A DNA stretch of 64,000 bases. It comes from Octopus vulgaris (Eukaryota). Both the position numbers and the translations under genes were made by a program. Shown piece after piece: positions 40,601 to 52,288 of this stretch (position 1 is its first letter; each line of letters opens with the position of its first letter). The stretch is from assembly GCA_951406725.2 (NCBI GenBank), contig OX597830.1:21948001-22012000 (forward strand), in the 5' to 3' direction. The notes below the pieces were generated by a model. It worked only from the letters and a program-made list of their open reading frames with translations. It had not been told where the DNA came from and ran no database searches.

Positions 40601-43600
40601 AAGAAGATTTTCATTGACATCAGGCAACATTATTGGCTTGAACATATGACCTCATTCATCTATTTACTGCCACTAACACTATTTCACAGTGGTTGCTGAT
40701 CAAACACCTACCAGAATATAAAAGCTATCAGCGTCTGATATCCTAAAACAGCTATGGCCAAGGGTTTAGTTGTACAGATCTACCCCTCACTTACTTTTTT
40801 CTTTTTTGCTGAACTGCTAAGTTACAGAGCCATAAACAAACCAACACTGGTTGTCTGGCAGTGGGGAGACAAGCACAAACATAAAAACACATTTACGTAT
40901 ACACATACATACATACAACAGGCTTCCACACAGTTTCTGTCTACTAAATTCATTCATAAGGCACTGTTTGGCCCAGGGACATAGTTGAAAACACTTACCC
41001 AAGATGCTGTATAGTGGGATTGAACCTGGTAAGAAGTATTAAGAGCTAAATCTAGCTTTTAGAGCAGTGGTTCTCAAATGAGGTTGATATAAGATTATTG
41101 GGGGTCCACACAAGTGAAATAGTAAATTGGATCTACAGAAGTATTTTAAGGGTCCATAAAAAAAACTTTTCTTTTCATCATCATCATCATTTAACGTCCG
41201 CTTTCCATGCTAGCATGGGTTGGACGGTTCAACTGGGGTCTGGGAAGTCCGAAGGCTGCACCAGGCCAGTCAGATCTGGCAGTGTTTCTACAGCTGGATG
41301 CCCTTCCTAACGCCAACCACTCCGTGAGTGTAATGGGTGCTTTTTAGATGTATTTATTGCAAGAAACAGCCAAGTTTCTTTCTCTGATGTTTTACATAAC
41401 TCAACCTAAACACGTGAGTGTGTAATAAACAAAATAGGAATTCTTGAAAGAAACATCTCTAAAGCTAAATACTAAATGGCTATGGGGGTCCACCAGAATA
41501 AAATAGTAATCAAAGGGGTCCATGGGTGAAAAGTGGTTGAGAACCACTGATTTAGAGGAATGAGTTGAATATAATGACTAGACATAAAAATGTTTGGCTT
41601 AGTGAGATTAACATAAAAATGTTTGGCAGGAGAGATTAACAATGTTGGTAGAGGTATCTTATGTGGATAAATGATACATAATTGATACTGTGAGGTTGTG
41701 ATGGAGGTGGAAAATACCCATGTGAAAGGTAGACTAATGTGTCTTGGGGAAAATTTAGACCATTTTTGAAAATGCTTGGCTCCACAGATGATGATGATGA
41801 TGACCTGATTCAGGATTTAGAAACATGCAAAGATGAAGTAATGAGGGAGACTCCACATGGTACTCCACCCTGCTAGTAATAGCAGCTAAATCTCCTTCAA
41901 ATCACATCCCACCATCTAAAAAGGCTGGAAGAAAACATTGTGTGATATAGTCCCGATTATACTATACCTGAAAAAAGAAAATGAAAAAGGAAAAAGATGA
42001 ATGATCCTCGCTGAAATGCTTTTGGTCATAAATCTGCTGGATTAGGAAAGGCATGGGATTAAACAACAACAATACACAGGGATATTGTGATGCACCAATC
42101 CAACTTGTTTAGGACATGAAAAAAATATAAACATTAAATCAATGACGATAATAACAATGATGATAATGAATAGACTGACTATGTTGGTATTCTTGAAACT
42201 GGCCTCAAGGGCAGCAATATTTCAATAGGGTTTTTGGTTGGTTGTTTTGAGGGGAATTTTTAACAGCTTTTGAGAGAAGCTGATATAAATGTAGTAGTTA
42301 TTTATCCACCAAATGGAAGTGAGTGAGGTACCTTAATGTGAGGTACCTCAAATCATGTACATCTGCTCGTGAGCAGAGGTACATCATTTCTTCTACAAAA
42401 TAAAACTTTATACTTTGATACCGCTGCCGACGACCGAGAACTCGCCGCTTCGTGCCTCGTCGATAACACACGGACACACACGCTCGTGGTCTTTTTTCCT
42501 GGCCGACTACTACTCAGACTTACTCCCCGCCGACCGACCGGCCGCACTCATGCTTGATACCGCTGCCAACGACCGAGAACTTGCCGCTTCGTGCCTCGTC
42601 GATAACACACGGACACACACGCTCGTGGTCTTTTTTCCTGGCCGACTACTACTCAGACTTACTCCCCGCCGACCGACCGCACTCATGCTTGATACCGCTG
42701 CCAACGACCGAGAACACGCCGCTTCATGCCTCGTCGATAACACACGGACACACATGCTCGTGGTCTTTTTTCCTGGCTGACTAGCTGACTACTACTCAGA
42801 CTTACTCCCCGCCGACCAACCGGCGCACTCGTGCTCGATACCACTGCCGACGACCGAGAACTCGCCAGAACAAAATAAAACTTTTTAAAATATTACAGTG
42901 ATCAAAACCAAGAAGGTAAAACTATAGACTGACTTTACCTTCTCAGTATTACAAACATCTTCCAAAGCAGTGGTAGTCACCATATTTTCCTCTGGGGTCA
43001 TTTTACTCAAATTGTTTTTGTTTTCTACCTTCACAGACACTTGGCCAACAGTGCTGGCCTCTTTGGAACTGTTACCATTGCTGGTGTCATCAAGCTTAAC
43101 TTCCATTGGTTCCACAGGGTCACTGGTCATTGTAGAAGAATTATTGGCATCTACGACAACTTCATCTCCAGTTTTCAACACTTCCTAAACAATATATAAA
43201 CAATTCCATACATTTATAGCTCTATCCAACACATGCTTATATATATATATAGCCATCAACACCACAACCACCATCAGCAGTTTCATATCCATTGTCTATG
43301 TTCTCATGGTCTTTCACAGATATTAGCTTAGCAAATAATTGGAGACCTACTCAAACCCTTTAGCACTCAGATTACTGTCAAATGTAATTTTTATTTATTC
43401 CCATTGTTTTGAATTAATCATACATTATCTCATAGCTTTGAGAGTTTGATTAATGTGATTGTTTATTTTTAGAATGATATCGTTGGGTAGGTGTAAGAGG
43501 CTGGATCTAGCCAGACTGAACATAAAACAAATAGAACAATTTGGGTCACATACGGCCAATTTAAATGCTAAAGGGTTAATACCAGTAATCCCTCAGCTGG

Positions 43601-46600
43601 ACTCACTACTCCAATTTTCTTAAGGGTTTGGTTTGGTACTAGATTTCATCAGTTGTTCTCAAAGAGAGATGCAAAAAAACACTAAAATATAACCATCCCA
43701 GAAGGGTTTCAAGTGTTGGCATATTCAATCTATTCATCATCATCATTATTGATTTAACATGTTTTTTTTTGTTTTTTTACATTCCTTACACAAATTGAAT
43801 TGGTGCAAAACAACATCTTTACATATTATTTTAGCCCTCAAGTCTTTACCGATCAAAAACATTTCAGCTAAGACCATATATTTTCTCTTTTTATTTTTAT
43901 TTTCAGGTATAGTGTAACTCATACTACATTATCCAATGTCTTTACCCTATATTTTAGACAGTAAGGAGTGATTTGAGGGAGATTTAGCTACTATTACCAT
44001 CAAATCTTTCTCATTACTTCATCTTTGTAAGATTCTATATCTTGTATCAGATCATCATAGTCATCCCATCCATCCATCCATTCACTTTGTCCACTCTCTA
44101 TTCCCAGAAGGTGGTGGGGGCCCTGAGGCATCTCCTCCATAGGATTCTATCAGAAGCATCTATCATTACACGATAGTGGGATTTGAAATTAGAATGCAAT
44201 GAACCAGAGCAAATACTACAATACATTCCATTTGAAGCTCTAATGATTCTACCAGTCCACTGCTGTAGCATTAAGCATAGGCATCTTTCTTAAGCATTAT
44301 GGACTCGTTAGGACTAGCTTACTGGTTCCCATGCCATATATATATATATTTACCCCTGGACAAGAAGCCAGTCTATCACAAGATTATTCATTTTTGCCAG
44401 CTGAGTGGACTGGAGTAAAGTGTTTGCTCAAGATCACAACGCATCATCCGGTCCAGGAATTGAAACCACAATCGTACAATCATGAATCCAACACCCTAAC
44501 TACTAGGCCACACACCTCCACCCACTGCTCTAAACTCGTATTTTATCTACTAACTCCAGATGGATGAAAGGCAAAGTTGACCTTGTCAGGATTTGAACTC
44601 AGAATGCAAAATGTGGAAATAAATACTGCAAGATATTTTGTCTTATGGTCTAACAACTGCCAATTTGTTACTTACATGCAAGGTTGTCAAGACATAAACC
44701 AAATAAAATGAGTAATGTAACATTAGGATCTGAGGAAACTAGAGATGGTCTGCATTGGCTATTAGTAAATATAGAAGGTTTGTAAAGTGGAGTAAATCAG
44801 TTTACTATAATGAAGAGGAAAAGTCTAATATTTCAGACAACAGGACCCTTCATCAGAGAAAACTGAAAGGTTTTCTGACAGTATTGAATAGATTGAAAGT
44901 AGTAAGAGAAAATATTGAAAATTAAAAGGCAGTGGAAAATAAAAGAAGAGGAGTTAACAAGGAGAAACAAATGTTAGTAGAAGACAACTAATTATGCTGT
45001 TATTAGGATTGAAGAAATAAAGAAGCAAGTTAGAACAGTAACAAAAAGGGGAAATGGTAGATTCAGAGACAATTCTTGGTACAAAATGGTTCCATTTATA
45101 AATATAAGCATAGCTGTGTGTGGTTAAGAAGTTTGCTTCCCAGCTACAATGGTTCTGGATTCAGTCATATGGTATGGTACCTTGAGCAAGTGTTTTCTTC
45201 TATAGCCCCAGATCAACTAAAGTCTTGTGACTAGATAAGGTAGATTGAAACTGAATGAAGCCTGTTGTATACATATGTGTGTGTGTGTACGTCACCTTGT
45301 TTTTGACATAGCATGATAGTTGTAAATGAATGTCACTGTCATACAAGCAATGCCATTCATTTCCAATATTCAACAAAAACATGTCTGACCATGAGGAAAT
45401 ATTACCTTGCTTGAAAACAAGTGAAGGTTGGCAATAGAAAGGAGGAAGGGTGACCCATGCAAGCATGGAAAAGTAGGCATTAAAACAACAATGATGGTAA
45501 TTTCTCTTTCATCCACCTATATGGGTGATGACCATGCTTTCAATAATCAATGGCAACAAAGTAATGTTTATTTTTATTTTTGCTAATAAACAGATGGCTT
45601 TGAACGTACTCAGCTCCCTCTTCCATTCCTAGCTTGCTCAAACACTCTGAGCCCTTTCCTGGTTTGCATTGTCCTCCAACTGATCCCCTTCCACCTTGCT
45701 GCAACAAAGAGGGTTCAGAAGCTGTTCATCAACCATTTTTGGTAAAGTGACCCCCACAAGCAAGACTGGGCTCTGTGTTGGAGCACGTGGATACTGGGTA
45801 ACACAGTACAATTGAGGCCTGTGCATAGGACCATGTTTTGCCAACAAATACATACATACTTCCATGTATACATACACACATCAATAAGGGTGCTTCTACA
45901 TGGTTACTCAACCTGCTAGAAATAGCAACCAAATCTCCCTCAAGTCTCTATGTTTAAAAAAAAAGCTGGAATAGTCAGGGTTGGAATGCTTTTTGACTGT
46001 AAAGTACTCAATCTTTCTCTTTATCTATGAGGATTTATCCCAATTTATAAAAGCCTCCAACATAGCGCCCCCTTCCAAAAATGGGCAACATACCTTACCC
46101 TAGGAACTACCATCCTATTGCTCTCCCTACAATAATTGTCATTTATAAATAATAGGCATGAGGCATGCAATTTTTGAAGTGAAGGGGACCAGTTGATTAT
46201 ATCAACCCCAGTACTTGACTGGTACTTTAATTTATCAATTCTGGATGGATGAAAGGCATAAATCAAACTTAGCAGGATTAGGAACTCAGAACATGAAGTG
46301 AGGTGACTGAATATTGCAGAACATTTTATCCAACATTCTGCCAACTAACCTCCCTTCAGAATAAAATTAATAATTTCTTTCAAATTCTGGCACAAGACTT
46401 GTATTTTGAAGGGAGTGGGTGAGTCAATTGCATCAATTCAAGCATTTCACTGGTACTTTATTTCATCAACCCAAAAATATTAAAGGCAAAGTTGACTTTG
46501 GCAGGATTTTAAACTCAAAATGTAAAGAGTCAGAAATAATAATAATAATGATAATCCTTTCTAATATGGGCATAAAGTCTGAAATTTGAGGGGAGGGGGT

Positions 46601-46770
46601 AGGTCAATCATATCAACTCCAGTACTTGACTGGTACTTAATTTATCAACCCTGAAAGGATGAAAGGCAAAGTCAGCATTGGCAGAATTTGAACTCAGAAC
46701 ATTGTGATAGGCGAAATACTGCTAAGCATTTTGTCCAGTGAGCTAACAATTCTGCCAGCTTGCTGCCTTA

Positions 46771-46801
<31 letters not shown>

Positions 46802-49714
46802 TATTCTCAGACATGACAGTGTTGGGACTTATATACAATGGAAGCTATAACAACACTATGAAATTACAACAGAAAAAACAATGGTATAGGCACACCCTAG
46901 AAAAGGTCACAGAAAATGAGAAAGTAACCATACTCTGGGATATGCCAATACACACAGTGAAATCAAGGCTAATAGACTGGATGTAGTTGTCAGAAATCAC
47001 CAAGAAAAAAGATGCCTTCTAATCGATGTATCAATACCAACAGATGATGTTTCTCTAAAAGAAATGGAGACACTTTCAAAATACAAAGATCTGGAAATAG
47101 AGGTAACTCGAATGTGGAGCCTAAAATCAGAAACAATTCCTATAATAGTAGGTGCATTAGGTATGATAAAAACATTCAGACAAATACATAACAAAAACAT
47201 CAGGACTTACAAATATATAGCACTACTATATACAGAAAATAGCACTACTAAGCGACACACATATCCTATGTAAAACACTTTCAATACAGTGGAAATAAGA
47301 GCACCACAAGCCATGGCACATACCCAAGGCACACAGAGCTGTGATCAGTGCAGTGAAAGCATGTGATAAAACTAAGACTACTGAATAATAATAATAACTG
47401 GTTGGACCCGTGAAAAATTCACATGAAACATAAAAAATGTAAGCATATGTAAATTGTGTGCCAGTGCCATGAGAAATGTTTCTATATTGTAACAGTTACA
47501 GAATATAGAAAGTGTAAAACCAGTAACCATATATAATCCAACCAAAATATCTCAGTTACACAAACATAAGCAGAATTACTATTTAGCCTTAAACAACATC
47601 ATACGAGGGACGTTCAATAAGTAATGCCTCTGACCCACTTGCAGTTGTTTGATCTAGGTGAAATTTTGCATGTGCAATCATTTATATCTCTATAGAGTAA
47701 GTGGCAAATTACAGCTCTGAATTAATTGTGGTTTCTGATTTACAGGTGTTTGAACCGAGTCAAGTGTGAAATGGAGCCTGTTGAGTGTCAAGCAGTGATC
47801 CGGTTTTTGTATTTGAAAGGACGCACACCACGGGAGACTTTTGATGAAATGAAAGTAACTTATGGTAATGATGCCCCATCATATGACCTTGTAAAACGCT
47901 GGCATCGTGAATTCAAACATGGTCGGAACTCTGTGGAAACAGCTCCCAGATCTGGTCGCCCCCTTCTGCCATTGATGAGGCATCTGTCCGTCAAGTTGAG
48001 GCTGCTATTTTGGAAGATCGACGCATAATTATTCGCCAAATAGCCCATGAGGTCAAGATTAGTACCGGGTCTGTGGAAACTATCATTCATGACCATTTGC
48101 ATATGCAAAAGGTGTCTGCCAGATGGATTCCCAGGTTGCACACGCCTTTCCAGAAGCAAGAACGCGTCGAGAGCTCGAGGGTGAATTTGGAGATGTGCCA
48201 AGAAGATGAGTCAAAATTTTTCAAAAGACTGATTACACAGGATGAAACCTGGGTCCATCACGATGATCCAGAGACCAAAGCCCAGTCAATGCAGTGGAAG
48301 CACCGTGACTCACCCCCTCCAAAGAAGGCAAGGGTGCAGCCCTCCACTGGCAAGGTCATGCTCACAGTCTTCTGGGACCAGGACGGAGTAGAGATGACAG
48401 ATTTCCTGGCGAAGGGTACCACAATTGCAGGAGCCTATTATGCTTCACTTTTGAGGAAATTAAGAGAAGTTATCAAAATCAAGAGGCGGGGCAAGATCAG
48501 CAAAGGCATCCTCCTCCTGCAGGACAACGCTCCGGTCCACAACTCGCTTGTCGCCAGATCAGAAGCACAGGCGTATGGCTATGAACTCCTCCCCATCCCC
48601 CCTACTTTCCTGACCTTGCACCCTCTGATTTTCACCTCTTCCCAATCATGAAGTTGTTTTTGAAAGGAAAGCGTTTCCCAGATGATGCAGCCTTGATTTC
48701 TGAAGTCACGTTGAGGTTGGAGGACCAAGCTGGGTTCTTCTACAAAAACGGTCTCCAGAGCCGCATCAAACGATGGGAGAAATGCGTAACTCTGGGTGGT
48801 TCCTATGTAGAAAAAGACTAACTGTGCCAAGTTTTGTTCCTCTACTGCTATGGGAAGTGGGTCAGGGGCATTACTTATTGAACGCCCCTCGTACATATTC
48901 AAAGAACCTTCTTGGTTTAGTGGTACGGAACTTTCTTCTAGTATTCTTTTACTTGTTTCAGTCATTTGATGGTGGCCATGCCGGAGCACTGCCCTTTAGT
49001 CAAAGAAATGGACCCCTGAACTTATTCCCTGTAAGCCTGTTGCTTACTCTATGAGTCTCTTCAGCCGAACAGCTAAGTGAAGGTGCATGGCTTAGTGGTT
49101 AGGAGTATTCGGCCTACAATCATAATGTCATGAGTACAATTCCCAGTGATGTGCTGTTCTTGAGCAAGGTACTCTACTTCACCTTGCTGCAGTCCACTCA
49201 GATGGCAAAAATGAGTTGTAACTGTAATTCAAAAGGGCCAGCCTTGTCACATTTTGTGTGAGGCTGAATATCCCTGAGAACTATGTTATGGTATGCATGT
49301 CTGTGGAGTACTCAGCCACTTGCACGTTAATTTTATGAGCAGACGGTTCTGTTGATCAGATAAACAGGGGCCTTGTTGTTGTAAGTGACAGAGTGTCATT
49401 TTTTTAAAAAAGAGTGAAAGCAAAGGAAATGTTCCATATTGTAAGGCAAAAATGTCACGTGTTTAGTCATAAGCAGTGAAAGCTAAGATGAAATAATTGC
49501 TATAATGCCATGTAGTGACTTTGCCCTGGACTCACAATCAGTTTGATAACAACAGCCTGCACATAGGTGTTTATCTGTCTTTGATTTAACAATGTCTATG
49601 TATCTGTGTATCAACTTTTCTTTCGATCTATGTATCTACTTTTCTTGCGATGTGATAAACATTTAAAAACACAAAACAAACGCTGTCACCACTCACTGTC
49701 TCTTTCATTCACTC

Positions 49715-49757
<43 letters not shown>

Positions 49758-50164
49758 TACTTCCTCTCTGAAACATTTGAAAACACAAAACAAACGTGGT
49801 CACCACTCACTGACTCTCTCTCTCTTTTTCTCACTTACTCTCTGTCCTCCTTTCTCTCGCTTTGCCACTCACTTCTTCTTTTGAAGTGTGACACACACTA
49901 CAGGTACGTACAAAAACAAACAAAACTAAGCATATTAATATTATCGATAATCCTTTCTACTACAGGCACAAGACCTGGAAATTTGGGGGAGGGGACTGAT
50001 CGATTACCTCAAACCCAGTGCTCAACTGGTACTTATTTCATTGACCCCAAAATGATGAAAGGTAAAGTCAACCTTGATGGAATTTGAGCTCAGAACATAA
50101 AGATGAGTAAAATGCTGCTATGCATTTCATCCAACATACTAACAATTCTGCCAGCTAGCCACCT

Positions 50165-50220
<56 letters not shown>

Positions 50221-52247
50221 CCTTTCTACATTAGGCATGAGACCTGAAAGTTTGAGGAGAGGGGTATGTTGATTGCATCAACCCTAGTATTCAACTGGTA
50301 CAGTTATCTTATTGACCCCAAAAGGATGAAAGGGAAAAAAATCAACCTCAACGAAATTTGAACTCATAATGTAAAACCAGAAGAAATGTTGCTGAACATT
50401 TTACAATAACAATAATAATCCTCTCTTCCATAGACTCAAGGCCTGAAATTTTGGTGGGAAGGGCTAATCGAACCCCCCCCCCCCAGTACTTTAGTGGTAT
50501 TATTTTATCAATGCCGAGGTTGACTTTGCCTTTCACCCTTTCAGAGGTCAATAAATTAAGCACCAGTTGCATTTTGGGATCAATCTAATTGACTGGCCCC
50601 ACTCCCCACAAATTTCAGGCATTGTGTCTATAGTAGAAAGGATTATTTTATCAATGCTAAAAGGATGAAAGGCAAAGTCAACCTCAGTGGAATTTGAACT
50701 CAGAACACAAAAACAGGTGAAATGCCACAAAGCATTTTGCCCAGTGTGCTAACAATTCTGCCAGCTTGCTACCTTTTTTTTTTTTTTTTTTTTTTTTTTG
50801 CAATAATAATAATAATAACCTTTCTACTATAGGTACAAGGCCTGAAATTTCAGGAGAGAGGACTAGTTGATTATACTGACCCCATTGATCAACTGGTACT
50901 TATTTTATTGACCTTGAAAGGATGAAGGGCAAAGTTGACCCTGGCAGAATTTGAACTCGGCACGTAAAGACAGACAAAATACCGCTAAGCAGTTTGCCCA
51001 CCATGCTAATGATTCTTTTCTACTCTAGGCACAAGGCCCGAAATTTTGGGGGAGGGGTACCAGTTGATTAGACTAACCCCAGTACACAACTGGTACTAAT
51101 TTATCGACCCTGAAAGGATGAAAGGCAAAGTCAACCTCAGCGGAATTTGAACTCAGAACATAAAGACAGACGAAATACCGCTAAGCATTTTGCCCAGCAT
51201 GCCAATGATTCTGCCAGCTTACCGCCTTTGCACTAATAATAACAACAATAAGCTATACTCACCACACTTTCAGCCATATTTGAATTGTCTACAAAAGAAA
51301 AAGAGGGAATAAAGAAAAACTTTTAAAAGCTTGAAAATGAAATATCTGAACAAACATTGTTACTTTCAAATAAACAGTAAGTTATAAACTCTTGAAAAGG
51401 TTGTTTCCTGATTTTCCACTCCACTACAGACAAATTACATTGGTCAATAAGTATTTTTCATCAAGCATATGTCAAGGTATACTCAGTGTAGTTTTTAATG
51501 CTGATTTCAAATACACAATTAGTTTTTTTTTGACATCACGTACAGTTTTCATGAGAAATTTTTTGTTTTGGTTTTAGCTCATGTGTGGAGGCGCATGGCT
51601 TAGTAGTTAGGGTGCCAGCATTATGATCGTAAGATTGTGGTTTCGATTCCTGGACTGGGCAACACGTTGTGTCCTTGAGCAAAACACTTTATTTCACATT
51701 GCTCCAGTCCACTCAGCTGGCAAACATGAGTAACGCTGTGATGGACTGGTGTCCCGTCCAGCTGGGGAACACATACGCCACAGAAACCGGGGCCCATGAG
51801 CCTGGCTAGACTTTAAAAGGGCGCACTTATTATTTATTTTTAGCTCATGCATTATATAGAGCTTCCAGTTGATGACATATATGCATGTATTACATTTACA
51901 TCATGGAAACATACCTTTAAAATAAACTGCATTATTCATTGCTGCATAGTTCAGAGGCAATATTTCATCATCTTAAATCAACCAATCAAAGTTTTGTCTG
52001 ATGAAATAGGTATTTCAACATCTTAAATTGTCGTCATAATTGGTCTGATGAAATATCTCATCAAATTCAATATAAGTGTAGACGCAGGAGTGGCTGTGTG
52101 GTAAGTAGCTTGCTTACCAACCACATGGTTCCAGGCTCAGTCCCACTGCATGGCACCTTGGGCAAGTGTCTTCTACTATAGCCTCGGGCCGATCAAAGCC
52201 GTGTGAGTGGGTTTGGTAGACAGAAACTGAAAGAAGCCCGTCGTGTG

Positions 52248-52288
<41 letters not shown>

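Noticed and set aside
45610-45698. Purine-rich 89-nt segment with ttgcag/gtacgt splice-like ends (candidate cassette or poison exon)
   Set aside because: Frameshifting and not needed for the phase chain; surrounding translation ([13 protein letters not shown]...KVEG) looks like a decayed RTE C-terminus.
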